Assembly (NCBI GenBank): GCA_963765495.1
Contig: CAVXWP010000001.1
Span: 1,088,001-1,152,000 of the forward strand
Origin: Blastocatellia bacterium
Lineage (GTDB): Bacteria > Acidobacteriota > Blastocatellia > UBA7656
Direction: 5' to 3'
DNA length: 64,000 bases
The position numbers and the translations under genes were made by a program. Position 1 is the first letter of the stretch; each line of letters starts with the position of its first letter. Positions 30,219 through 40,469 of the stretch are shown here, piece after piece. Under the pieces are notes generated by a model that had not been told where the DNA came from, did not search any database, and saw only the letters and a program-made list of their open reading frames with translations.

Positions 30219-31919
30219 ATGAAACAAGCGATTAAATTATGGGCGCTGATCGCAATTGGGGCGATAGCCTGTATACACATGCCTGATGCTCAGGCAGCGG
30301 CCAGAGGATCAATTCGCGGCCTCATCAAAGACGGGCTCGGGAATCCGCTTGCGGGCGCGGCGGTCCTTGTGCTGACTGCCGGTGAAGAGGCGAAGTCCGA
30401 AAAGCTGATAAAACGGGCCAGCACCGACAGTGAAGGCAAATTTATCGCTTCGGGCATACTGCCCGGCCAGTATCGCCTGAAGGCCGAAGCCGATGGCTTC
30501 AAACCCGTCGTTTTTGACGCGAGCGTCCAGCCTAATAAAGTCACGGTATTCGATTCAATCAAAATGCGCCGCGAGGGCACGCTTGCCGAAGAGACAAATC
30601 TCAACCTCGGCACAAAATACGCGACTCGAAAAGCCCGAGGCTCGATATTCCACTTTGAAGAACCCGGCACTACGCCCGCCGAAGCCGATGAAGAATCGGT
30701 CGTGGCGCTTACCGACCGCGCATCCGACATGCACGGCTATGTTCACACTTTCGCTCAAACCACAGTCGCTACAAAAGGCGACGCCAGTTCCTTTGTTGGA
30801 GCAAACTTTGCGGTCGCCGAACAGTTGGGACGCTCAGCCAACCTTGTCGTCAGCGGGCAGGGTGGTCTGGGCGACGGGGCTATGCAGAGCCTCAAGGTTG
30901 TGACCACGGCGCACGCGGGCGACCGACACCGTTTTGCCGTCGCGCTCGGTTACGGGCGTTTCACCTTCTCTCGCCGAGGCTCTATTCCCAACCTCGGACA
31001 GTTTTCGCTTTCGGCCACCGATACCTGGCAGGTGTCGGGCCCGGTCCTTATTGTTTACGGGCTTGAAGTGGCTCGCTTCACCGAAGGGGCTACGGGTACG
31101 AGCGTTCTTCCGAGATTTGGAATCGCCGTAGATGCAACCCCGCGCACCAGATTATTTGCAGGACTGGCGCCCGGCTCATCGGTTGATGCTCAGGAAAAAG
31201 TCAATCTCGAAAGCGGCGAGATCGTATTTGCCGAGCCCAAGACGGTTGCTCTCAGAGAGAATGGCGAGAATGCCGAGCCGGTAATGGACCGCAGCTATCG
31301 CCTGCAATTTGGCGGCGAGCAGATTTTGTCCGACAAATCATCGGTCGAGATGATGGCCTTCTTCGATACGGTTTCCGGCCACGGAGTAGGGCTGCTGGCT
31401 GTTCCGCTTGATCGCCCTGAGAGCCGCGAGATAATGCGCAACGAGGCTCAATCGGGCCGTTCGCGCGGAGTTCGTGTGGTCTATCACAGACGCCTGACCG
31501 ATGTGGTTGATGGCTCAATCGGGTATGCCTTTGGTGAAGGGCAGCGTCTTGATCCGCGCGGCATAACCGACCCTGGCGACCTTTTTGAAAACAGCCTGTT
31601 TCACATCTTCTCTGCAAAGATCGACGCAAACTTTGTCCGCACCGGCACAAAGGTTTCGACCGTTCTGCGGATCGCGCCCGAACAGGCCGTCTTTGCGATT
31701 GATCCGTTCGAAGGCCAGATAGCAACCAATGATCCCAACCTGAGCGTTTCGCTGATACAGGATTTGCCCAGATTCGGGTTTATGCCCGGACAGTTGCAGG
31801 CAATCGTTGATCTGCGCAATCTGCTCGATCAGCAGGCCTCGGTTGCAGACGACCAGCAGGAGTTGCTGACGAGCCGGTTTCACAGACTCGTTCGCGTGGG
31901 CGTATCGCTTCGGTTTTAG
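30219..31919 (+). CDS. Outer-membrane protein with N-terminal carboxypeptidase-regulatory-like (prealbumin-fold) domain and C-terminal beta-barrel
   Basis: Signal peptide, G.I.G.I.D..G.PL.GA.V motif, amphipathic strands, terminal VGVSLRF. Confidence 0.7.
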   Translation: MKQAIKLWALIAIGAIACIHMPDAQAAARGSIRGLIKDGLGNPLAGAAVLVLTAGEEAKSEKLIKRASTDSEGKFIASGILPGQYRLKAEADGFKPVVFDASVQPNKVTVFDSIKMRREGTLAEETNLNLGTKYATRKARGSIFHFEEPGTTPAEADEESVVALTDRASDMHGYVHTFAQTTVATKGDASSFVGANFAVAEQLGRSANLVVSGQGGLGDGAMQSLKVVTTAHAGDRHRFAVALGYGRFTFSRRGSIPNLGQFSLSATDTWQVSGPVLIVYGLEVARFTEGATGTSVLPRFGIAVDATPRTRLFAGLAPGSSVDAQEKVNLESGEIVFAEPKTVALRENGENAEPVMDRSYRLQFGGEQILSDKSSVEMMAFFDTVSGHGVGLLAVPLDRPESREIMRNEAQSGRSRGVRVVYHRRLTDVVDGSIGYAFGEGQRLDPRGITDPGDLFENSLFHIFSAKIDANFVRTGTKVSTVLRIAPEQAVFAIDPFEGQIATNDPNLSVSLIQDLPRFGFMPGQLQAIVDLRNLLDQQASVADDQQELLTSRFHRLVRVGVSLRF

Positions 31920-32281
31920 CAGGCCGCTGTACTTCAGTGGAACGGGCTAAGGCGCGGGTAGGTGCCTTTAGATTGCTGCTTTTTAGTGGGAAAGCCCTCG
32001 TCATTATTTCCTTCAGGCTTTTCCTGATTTTGTGCCCCTACTCATGCCTGTAATTTCAGCCATAGGCCAGTAATAGAAAGGTTAAACAGGAAATTTCGGC
32101 ATCCAAATAATTGGAAAACGTATCCGAAAATATGGAAAGCGCCGATGCGCTAATCCCTATAAATAGTAGCAAATCCTTATTTTCGGCTATTCTTTGCTGT
32201 ATTTGGAGTAGGAATAGCAGTTGCACAAAATCTGCCGGATAGAACTGTCTACCCAAATAGCGGCTTTTTGGGGCAAAGATA

Positions 32282-35200
32282 ATGAGAGACCTGGCGAACA
32301 AGACAAAGCCTATCGCGATCCTGGCGATAACTGTTTTGCTCGTTGTCATCGGGGTGCTCAATCTGCGCGACCGATTGAGCGCGCATCCCATAGCCGACGA
32401 TGGCGTCGAATGGGTGGATACCGAAAACGGCGTTCAGGCTAAATCGATAAGCCCGCAATCACCGCTCGCGCCGGTCCTCAAAAAAGGCGACTACGTTCGA
32501 GCGATCTTCTATCACGACAAGTACGAAAAAATAGACAGAGCAGAAACGCTCGCGCTCTATCTTGACAGGCAGGGCGTGGGAAACGATGCCCGCTACGTAA
32601 TAGAGCACGATGACCCTGTGTTGCAATCCATCTACGGCATGCAGGAGCCGCTTTTTGACTTCGATTTCAAGATCATATCTCTGCAACAGAAACTGGGGCA
32701 GGGATTGTATCTGGCCTTTATCGGAGTGGTTTATCTGATAATAGGTCTGTTCGTTCTCTTCAAACAGAGCCGCGCTCAATTGACATATCATTTCTTCGCC
32801 TGGTCGCTTGTCTCTTTTGTTGTCTATTTCTATGATTCGACCGGCGAATTTACCCGTATAGACAAACTGGTGAGTTTGCTCGATGGTGGAGCCCTCGCCT
32901 TGCTGGCTCCGATCTTTCTGCATTTCTGCGCCAATTTTCCCTCCGGGAAAAAGCTCTCCCTGCGTGAGCGCCCCGCTGTAGGGCTTTTATACGTGCCTGC
33001 GTTTGCAATCATCCTTGTCGAAATACTATGGCACTATAAACCGGCTATCTTCGGCGGCGGCTCGCTGGTTCGAGTGCGCAATTTTTTAGAGCCGTTGGAA
33101 CTGGTGCAGTATGCGCTCTTTTTCCTTGCCGGAAGCGCGCTTCTGGTTCGCACCTTTGTTCGCTCGCACAACACGCTGCTCAGGCAGCAACTCAAGTGGA
33201 TCATCTGGGGGCTTGGTTTATCGGTATTGCCCTTTGCGGCGCTCTATGTCCTGCCTTACATATCCAATGTCGAGATCACGCCGCTGATTGAAACGCTGGC
33301 TTTTGCGCCTCTGATTTTGATCCCGCTCTCTTTCGGATATTCGATAGTCCGCTATCGCCTGATGGATGTGGATGTGATAATGCGCCGCAGCTTCGTCCAC
33401 GTGGTTGCAATCGTCCTGGTCGCGGCGCTCTACATGGCGGTGCTTCTCGGCGTAGGCGATCTGGTCAAGTTCATCTGGGCGACGGCGGATTTGAATTCCT
33501 GGAATACGCGAGCCGTGGTCATCCTCGGCATGTTGATCGTGACAATGTTGTTTGCGCCCATCAAGAACAGGCTCCAGACGCTGGCCGACCGATGGTTTTA
33601 CGGCGAACGCTATACGGTCAGGGCGGGGCTTCAGGATTTCGGCAGGACTCTTGCGCAGACTACGGCGCTTCCGCAACTGCTCGATTCGCTTGTGCGGCGG
33701 TTGTCGGACATGCTCTCTGTCAGCAAAGTGGCTATCTTTATCGAAGACAGCCGCTCGCCGTCGGGTTTTAGCCTGGCTCACGCGCTCGGAATCAGTCGCG
33801 ATATTCATCTGCCAAACGGCATCAAGAATATAATTCGGACTCGTTCGATAGGACGCGGCTATGTTTCGGCCAACGATCTCGATCTGAAATATGAAGGCGA
33901 GATGACGCCCGAATTGCTTCTCGAAGCGCGAATGAGCGTAAACGATCAGTCACTCGTGCGAGCGGCAACCACAGACAGGAGTTCCAGCTTTTATCTGCCT
34001 TCGTCGGAAGAAACGCTCGCGCAGGACGAGCTTTACTATTATGTGCCCTGCGTGGTCCGCGACCGTATGGTGGCGATCATCGGGGTGGGGAGGGAATCGT
34101 CGGGCGCGCTTCTGACGAGCGAAGACACCGACCTGCTCAGGGCGCTGTCTGGCTATGTAGCCATAGCCATAGACAACAGCCTGCTCTACAGATCAGAGCA
34201 GGAGAAGGCCGAAGAGCTTGCGCGACTGAAAGAGTTTTCGGAAAACATCATCGAAAGCGTCAATGTTGGCATACTGGTGATAGATTTCGATGGCCGCGTC
34301 ACTACGTGGAACAGCGCCCTCGAAGAGATATTCGGCATGTCGCGCGAGCGGTCGTTTGGGCGAAGCATATTCGAAATATTCGACCGTGATTTGATCGAAA
34401 CCGTTCAGAATGTTATCGGAGAGGAAGGCTGGGCGCTCAGTGAAGCGCGCCACATCTACAAATACAGCGCCGCGACCGAAGACGGGCGGCCTCTGACTCT
34501 CAACATATCGCTCGCGCCTTTCGAAGCCGCGCCCGGCGTTGTGACCGGAACTCTCGTGGTGTTTGAAAACGTCACCGAGCGTATGCAGCTTGAACAGCAG
34601 TTGCTCGAACGCGAAAAGCTCTCTTCAATCGGATTGCTTGCCGCAGGAGTGGCGCACGAAGTCAATACGCCGCTCGCCGGAATATCTTCTTACGCGCAGA
34701 TGTTGCTCGCGCAGATTGCCGAAAACGACCCCAAACGCAAATTGCTTGAAAAGATTCACGTCCAGACGCTCAGGGCTTCGGGGATAGTAAACAACCTGTT
34801 GAATTTCTCTCGCACGGGCGATACGCAGTTCCGCGAAGTCGATATAAGCGAGGTGCTTGAAAACACCATACAACTGCTGGAGCCGCAACTGAGAAACTCG
34901 ATGGTCGAGATTGTCTGCAATCACGGAGAGGATTTGCCGCCTGCTCACGGCAACGCGTCGAAATTGCAGCAGGTCTTCATGAACCTGATCCTGAATGCGC
35001 GTGACGCTATGCCCGGAGGCGGGCAACTGACGATCAACTCTCGTCTGATAGAGACATCTATCGTAGTAGATTTCCGCGATACGGGGATGGGAATAGCGCC
35101 CGAGCACATCGCGCGCATCTATGACCCGTTCTTCACCACAAAAGAGGTAGGGCAGGGGACCGGGCTTGGTCTTGCGCTCTCATACGGAATAATTCAGGAA

Positions 35201-35305
35201 CACAGCGGGCGCATGTTTGTCGAGAGCCGACCCGGCGAAGGCGCGCATTTCACAATTAAACTTCCCACCGCATTCGCTCGACAGATGCAAGCCGCCAGCG
35301 ATTAG
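32282..35305 (+). CDS. Membrane sensor histidine kinase (PDZ-like, multi-TM, GAF, PAS, HisKA, HATPase)
   Basis: AHEVNTPL, LQQVFMNLILNA, DTGMG, PFFTTK and GTGLGL motifs. Confidence 0.92.
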   Translation: MRDLANKTKPIAILAITVLLVVIGVLNLRDRLSAHPIADDGVEWVDTENGVQAKSISPQSPLAPVLKKGDYVRAIFYHDKYEKIDRAETLALYLDRQGVGNDARYVIEHDDPVLQSIYGMQEPLFDFDFKIISLQQKLGQGLYLAFIGVVYLIIGLFVLFKQSRAQLTYHFFAWSLVSFVVYFYDSTGEFTRIDKLVSLLDGGALALLAPIFLHFCANFPSGKKLSLRERPAVGLLYVPAFAIILVEILWHYKPAIFGGGSLVRVRNFLEPLELVQYALFFLAGSALLVRTFVRSHNTLLRQQLKWIIWGLGLSVLPFAALYVLPYISNVEITPLIETLAFAPLILIPLSFGYSIVRYRLMDVDVIMRRSFVHVVAIVLVAALYMAVLLGVGDLVKFIWATADLNSWNTRAVVILGMLIVTMLFAPIKNRLQTLADRWFYGERYTVRAGLQDFGRTLAQTTALPQLLDSLVRRLSDMLSVSKVAIFIEDSRSPSGFSLAHALGISRDIHLPNGIKNIIRTRSIGRGYVSANDLDLKYEGEMTPELLLEARMSVNDQSLVRAATTDRSSSFYLPSSEETLAQDELYYYVPCVVRDRMVAIIGVGRESSGALLTSEDTDLLRALSGYVAIAIDNSLLYRSEQEKAEELARLKEFSENIIESVNVGILVIDFDGRVTTWNSALEEIFGMSRERSFGRSIFEIFDRDLIETVQNVIGEEGWALSEARHIYKYSAATEDGRPLTLNISLAPFEAAPGVVTGTLVVFENVTERMQLEQQLLEREKLSSIGLLAAGVAHEVNTPLAGISSYAQMLLAQIAENDPKRKLLEKIHVQTLRASGIVNNLLNFSRTGDTQFREVDISEVLENTIQLLEPQLRNSMVEIVCNHGEDLPPAHGNASKLQQVFMNLILNARDAMPGGGQLTINSRLIETSIVVDFRDTGMGIAPEHIARIYDPFFTTKEVGQGTGLGLALSYGIIQEHSGRMFVESRPGEGAHFTIKLPTAFARQMQAASD

Positions 35306-35424
35306 AGTGACGCACAATACTTGATGCGTGAAGAGTGATTCGTCATTAACCAGGCTTGCAAGTTGTCTAAAACATGCAGCCTGCCTGAGAGTCACGTATC
35401 GCGCATCAAGAATCACGCGTTACG
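35306..35424 (-). repeat. GTGA/TCAC heptamer-armed element with 44-bp core (copy 3)
   Basis: Core 35347-35390. The right arm overlaps the stop of the amine oxidase gene. Confidence 0.85.
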
Positions 35425-36908
35425 TAAATTGCCTGCTGGCTATCTGCTTCGTTTACTTCTTCGGCGGCGCGATTGCCCGATTCCAGGGCTCCATTCATCC
35501 ATCCGTGCCACAGCGACGTATGCTCTCCGGCAAAATGTATAAGGCCTTCCGGGCGCTGGGCCGCAGGCAATAGCCCGGTTATCTGCCCGGGTTCGAAATA
35601 GGCGAATGCGCCTCGCGCCCATTCGTCTTCGTGCCATATCTGGCTCGTGCCCGATTCGTACTGGCTGTCGAGGCCGCCAAACAGATTTCCCATTCGGCGC
35701 AAAACCAGATTCTGCCGGTCCTTTTCGCTCATTGCTCCCAAATCGAGCGCCCGCTGCCCGCCGGTGTAGGAAGCGAGTATCCCTCGCTGGCCGCCTTGAA
35801 TCAGTGTGGGCGAATAGGTGTCCTGGATGTTCAGGTCCGTTATTCCGTAGCCGTCAAGCCCGTCCTGTTCCCATACGCGTTTGCGAAATTGCAGATAAGT
35901 GCGCGTGACCGGCGTCAGCTTGATCTCTGATATGGCTCGCTGTTTCTCTTCGGAAAACGAAGGCGAGACTTCTATTTCGCTGAGCAACGGAAACGGAAGA
36001 GTGCAGATGACGCGATCTGCCTCGATGGTTAAGACCTCGCCGTTGCGCAGGTAAGTTACCTTAACGCCAGTTTCATTCTGCTCCAGGGCGATGACCTGTG
36101 ATTTCTTCTTGAAGTTCTTTTTAACGCGTTGTTTTAGAGCCTTTGGCAACAGGTCGTTTCCCCCTACGATCTCATAAAAGACTCCGCCCGACGCAACCTG
36201 TTCAGTCACTACGCCGTCGAGCGCTGAAAAGGAATCTAGTCCGAATCCGAGAATGCCCAATTGCGAGGCGGCGATTATGGCAATCGCCCCGTCGGATGCG
36301 CCCTGATCGCGCAGTAATTGCTCGAGCGAAATATTGTCCAGGTCTCTTAAACTGTCGGGCGGCCAGCCCTCTTTTCGAGGATTGCCTACCTGCGCCATGA
36401 ATTCTCCCAGATAGAGCGCCGTCAAATTATAGATGCCAACTTCTCTCTCTCTCGATTTAAGGTTAAAGGGGACACTTGCCGCGCCGCCCGGACCTATGCG
36501 AAAGCGACTGCCTTGAATGTAGGCTACCGAATCAAGCCCGAATCTGACCGAAGGCTGAAGGAGCAATCCGAAATCCGTAGCATAGCCCCAGGTGAATGTA
36601 TGGTCTTGAGGGAAGCTGAGCGGACCGGCTTCCGCGTATTGCCCGTCGGCAAAATTTCTGAGAGTCCGCACTCTGCCGCCCGGTTTTTTCCGCGCTTCCA
36701 GAATGGTCACGTTATGCCCGGCGCGTTTAAGCTCGTAACCGGCGGCAAGCCCCGCCAGCCCCCCGCCGAGAATCACTACGTTTTTTGGCGGTCCGACCAG
36801 CTTTATTCCGCGTCTCTGAGCTCTTGATACATAAGGCATCAAGGCGAGCGCGGCGGCGCTGAGACTCGCTTGCCTGATAAATTCACGGCGATTGATGAGC
36901 TTCGACAT
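35406..36908 (-). CDS. Flavin monoamine oxidase / L-amino-acid oxidase family protein with Tat signal
   Basis: NRREFI twin-arginine motif, GGGLAGL, EAR..PGGRV, FAGEHT and GWMNGALESG. Confidence 0.9.
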   Translation of the reverse strand: MSKLINRREFIRQASLSAAALALMPYVSRAQRRGIKLVGPPKNVVILGGGLAGLAAGYELKRAGHNVTILEARKKPGGRVRTLRNFADGQYAEAGPLSFPQDHTFTWGYATDFGLLLQPSVRFGLDSVAYIQGSRFRIGPGGAASVPFNLKSREREVGIYNLTALYLGEFMAQVGNPRKEGWPPDSLRDLDNISLEQLLRDQGASDGAIAIIAASQLGILGFGLDSFSALDGVVTEQVASGGVFYEIVGGNDLLPKALKQRVKKNFKKKSQVIALEQNETGVKVTYLRNGEVLTIEADRVICTLPFPLLSEIEVSPSFSEEKQRAISEIKLTPVTRTYLQFRKRVWEQDGLDGYGITDLNIQDTYSPTLIQGGQRGILASYTGGQRALDLGAMSEKDRQNLVLRRMGNLFGGLDSQYESGTSQIWHEDEWARGAFAYFEPGQITGLLPAAQRPEGLIHFAGEHTSLWHGWMNGALESGNRAAEEVNEADSQQAIYVTRDS

Positions 36909-37221
36909 CCGGCCCCTCCTCATTTTTCGTTCACGTAATGCTATAACCTCAAGGGGCTCATTTCAAGCCTGCTCAATAGCTTATGGAGCGAGACTGTTGC
37001 AAAAGTCTTGTATTGCGCTGACTCGGCTTGAATCATTCTTTGAAACAACATCAAAGTATATGCGTGTAAGAGAGTGTCCGAATTCAAGAAGGCCGAGGCC
37101 GTTTCCCTGTTATTGTGGTTAAAAATGAACCGGTTGTGTTATGATTTCGTTTGGCTGCGTATAGCCCCAGAACGCAAGCGCCCGGCTGCTACAGGCCGGG
37201 ATTCACAAAGAGTTCAATCTT

Positions 37222-38457
37222 ATGGCTGAATATGTTTGCCGGTTAGGCACGCCCACGGGCGAGGTAGTAACACGAACGATTGAGGCCACGGCAGAGCGTG
37301 ACCTGAGGACGAAACTCGAACGCGATGGGTTTCGTGTCTTTTCGATCTCGGGTTCGGGCGGGCAGAGCGTTCGCAAGGCATTCGGAGGCGAATCGGGTCA
37401 GCGCAAGATCAAGACGGAAGACTTTCTGCTCTTCAACCAGCAGTTATCGGCGCTGCTGCGCGCGGGTCTTCCGATCATTCAGGCGATAGGGATACTTCGC
37501 AAGCGCGTTCCAAACGAACGGCTGCGGCTGGTGCTCGAAGATGTCGAGGAAAAGATACGCGCGGGGCAGGCGCTGTCGCAGGCGTTCGCCGCGCAGGGCG
37601 ATGCCTTCCCGCGAATCTATATAGCTTCGATACTTGCGGGCGAGCGGTCAGGCTCGCTTGATGAAGTCCTGCTTCGATACGTCAGCTATCAAAAGACGAT
37701 CTCTGATGCACGGCGAAAGATCAAAAAATCGCTCGCCTATCCGATGGTGCTCGTGGGCGCTTCGATCATTCTCGTGATAGTGCTTTCGACTTACGTCATA
37801 CCGAAATTCATGCAGCTTTACAGTGGAGTGGGCGCGCAAGAGCTGCCCTTTATTACGGTCATGGTCGTAAGCACAGCCGAATTCGTCAGCAAGAATCTTT
37901 TGTGGATCGTGCCAAGCATATTAGGCTTTTTGATCTTCAGCTTTTTCTGGCGACGTACCCCGAACGGGCGGCTTACGATTGACCGATGGATTATGAAGTT
38001 GCCGATTGCGGGCGAAACCGTTCGCCAGCTTACCATAGCGCAATTCACGCGCAGTCTGGCCACGCTGCTTGCGGGCGGAATCACGCTGCCCGAATCCGTG
38101 GAAATTGCGAGCGAATCTATCACCAATCGCGCGCTCAGTCAGGCGAGCAACGGTGTGCTGGTAGGCATACGCGAAGGCCGCGCCTTCACCGACAGCCTCG
38201 CCGCCTCCGGCTGGGTGAGCGAACTTGCGCTCGATATGATCGGCGTCGGCGAACGTTCGGGCGCGCTCAGAGAGATGCTCGACGAGGTGGCCAATTTTTA
38301 TGACGCGGAGCTCGATGTGCGATTGAGCACGATAACGACATTTATCGAGCCGGTAGTGCTGGTCTTTATGGGCAGCCTGGTTATGACTATTCTGCTTGCC
38401 ATGTATCTGCCGCTCTTCAACATGATCGGCAACATGGGAGGCGGTGGAGCGCACTAA
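37222..38457 (+). CDS. Type II secretion F / PilC family platform protein
   Basis: AGERSGSL, SLAYP, GERSGAL and EP......AMYLPLF motifs. Confidence 0.92.
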   Translation: MAEYVCRLGTPTGEVVTRTIEATAERDLRTKLERDGFRVFSISGSGGQSVRKAFGGESGQRKIKTEDFLLFNQQLSALLRAGLPIIQAIGILRKRVPNERLRLVLEDVEEKIRAGQALSQAFAAQGDAFPRIYIASILAGERSGSLDEVLLRYVSYQKTISDARRKIKKSLAYPMVLVGASIILVIVLSTYVIPKFMQLYSGVGAQELPFITVMVVSTAEFVSKNLLWIVPSILGFLIFSFFWRRTPNGRLTIDRWIMKLPIAGETVRQLTIAQFTRSLATLLAGGITLPESVEIASESITNRALSQASNGVLVGIREGRAFTDSLAASGWVSELALDMIGVGERSGALREMLDEVANFYDAELDVRLSTITTFIEPVVLVFMGSLVMTILLAMYLPLFNMIGNMGGGGAH

Positions 38458-38562
38458 GTGATTCGTGAAGAGTGATCGATGATCCGTGATTTTCAGGTAA
38501 GCCGCCTGTTATAGACATCTTGCATGTCTGGTAAATCATGGATCACCGATCACTCTTCACGG
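38458..38562 (+). repeat. GTGA/TCAC heptamer-armed element with 44-bp core (copy 4)
   Basis: Core 38491-38534; begins immediately after the TAA. Confidence 0.88.
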
Positions 38563-38587
38563 TCAATATTTTGGGAAGCGAATTCGA

Positions 38588-40291
38588 ATGTCAGAAACAA
38601 GCGAAACAACCACAGGAAATAAACAGAATCTGGCAAGCGCCGTTCAGATACCGCCTGAGTTGACCGCAAGCGAGCGCAGCGCGGTTCAGATGGGGCAGGA
38701 AGAGATGGTCGCGCGCGAGAAGGCGCGAAGATACAGGCTCCGGTTCATCGACCTGAAAGAAGATGCCGACGAGATAGATTATCACCTGATCCACGAACTG
38801 CCGGTTGATTTGATGATCCGTCACTGTTTTGTCCCGCTCAAGCGCGTCAATAACACGCTCTTCGTAGCGATGGCGGACCCGACAAATCTCGAGATTATAG
38901 ATGAGCTTCAAGCGCAATTGCACCTGCGGCTCAAGCCTGCTGTTGCCACGCAATCGGCCGTGGAAGAGGCGCTCAAACGAGGCGATACTGCCGCCCGCAT
39001 CCTCCAGACGGCGACGGCAAGTTTCCGCACAGACACTCTGGCTCTCGTACGCGAAACCGAGCAGGGCGAAGAGGTGCTCGACCTCGACCGGCTCGCGGGC
39101 GACGAAGAGATGTCGCCTATAATCAAGCTTGTCGATACGGTGGTTCTAAACGCGCTCGAACGTCGCGCATCCGATATTCATATCGAGACGCGCGACTCCG
39201 ATGTCATGGTCAAGTATCGCATAGACGGTGCGCTCTATCGCGCGGCAGACCCGATTGACATAGCTCATCATCAGACCATCATTCAGCGCATAAAGGTTAT
39301 GAGCGAGCTTGACATCGCCGAGCGCCGCGTTCCGCAGGACGGGCGTTTTCGCATGCGAATTCGCGGACGCAAGATAGACTTCCGCGTCTCGATCATGCCT
39401 TCGGTTCACGGCGAAAATTGCGTTATTCGTATTCTCGATAAAGAGCAGATCAACGAAGCCTTCCGCGAATTGAACCTCGACGTGGTGGGATTTGCTCCGC
39501 AAGACGTCAAAAAGTTTCGCAAGTTCATCGCCGAGCCCTACGGCATGGTGCTGGTCACGGGGCCTACGGGGTCCGGTAAGACGACGACTCTTTACGGCGC
39601 GCTCAACGAAATCAAGAACGAAGAAGATAAGATTATAACCATCGAAGACCCGGTCGAGTATCAGCTTCAAGGGATCACTCAGATACCCGTAAACGAGAAG
39701 AAGGGGCTGACCTTTGCGCGCGGGCTTCGAAGCATACTGCGCCACGACCCTGATAAGATAATGGTCGGCGAAATCCGCGACTCCGAGACGGCGCAGATAG
39801 CCATTCAATCCGCGCTTACGGGCCATCTGGTCTTTACAACCGTCCACGCAAACAACGTCATTGATGTCATAGGCCGATTCCTCAACATGGGAGTCGAGCC
39901 TTACAACTTTGTTTCGAGCCTGAATTGCGTGTTGGCTCAGCGTCTCGTGCGTATACTCTGCGCTCATTGCAAGATCAATTACGAACCGGAAGATCAGGAA
40001 CTGGTCGAGTCGGGAATCAGCCCTGAGAAGTATCGCAAACAGGTCTTCTATAACGCGGTCGGATGCGAGGTGTGTAACTTCACGGGGTATCGCGGGCGAA
40101 CCGCGATACACGAATTGCTGGATGTGACCGATCACATACGAGAGATCATATTGGAACGGCGGCCCGGCTCGGAGGTGCGCCGCGCGGCCCGCGCCGAAGG
40201 GCTCACATCTTTGCGCGAATCCGCGCTCGCAAAGGTGTTTTTGGGAGTGACGACACTGCACGAAATAAACCGGGTCACGTTTGTCGAATGA
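38588..40291 (+). CDS. GspE/PilB family secretion ATPase
   Basis: ASDIHIE, PQDGR, GPTGSGKTT, EDPVE, LRHDPD and tetracysteine motif. Confidence 0.93.
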   Translation: MSETSETTTGNKQNLASAVQIPPELTASERSAVQMGQEEMVAREKARRYRLRFIDLKEDADEIDYHLIHELPVDLMIRHCFVPLKRVNNTLFVAMADPTNLEIIDELQAQLHLRLKPAVATQSAVEEALKRGDTAARILQTATASFRTDTLALVRETEQGEEVLDLDRLAGDEEMSPIIKLVDTVVLNALERRASDIHIETRDSDVMVKYRIDGALYRAADPIDIAHHQTIIQRIKVMSELDIAERRVPQDGRFRMRIRGRKIDFRVSIMPSVHGENCVIRILDKEQINEAFRELNLDVVGFAPQDVKKFRKFIAEPYGMVLVTGPTGSGKTTTLYGALNEIKNEEDKIITIEDPVEYQLQGITQIPVNEKKGLTFARGLRSILRHDPDKIMVGEIRDSETAQIAIQSALTGHLVFTTVHANNVIDVIGRFLNMGVEPYNFVSSLNCVLAQRLVRILCAHCKINYEPEDQELVESGISPEKYRKQVFYNAVGCEVCNFTGYRGRTAIHELLDVTDHIREIILERRPGSEVRRAARAEGLTSLRESALAKVFLGVTTLHEINRVTFVE

Positions 40292-40469
40292 CGCCCGGGC
40301 GAATGTAGCAGATCCGTGCAAAGAACAGCGAATTTGAAAGTTTTGCGTTTTTTTTGAAACTAACTCGTGGTAGAGTAGTTCTTAAAAAACGAGTGATACA
40401 AACTTCAAGGATACGGACCGGGCGCGGGCGCGCCTCCCAAAGGGAAAATCAATAGTTGAGGGTAGAGCG

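Noticed and set aside
39146-40321. Long antisense ORFs (also 62398-63540, 15441-16385 and 26703-27539)
   Set aside because: Opposite-strand shadows of well-supported genes, expected at this GC content
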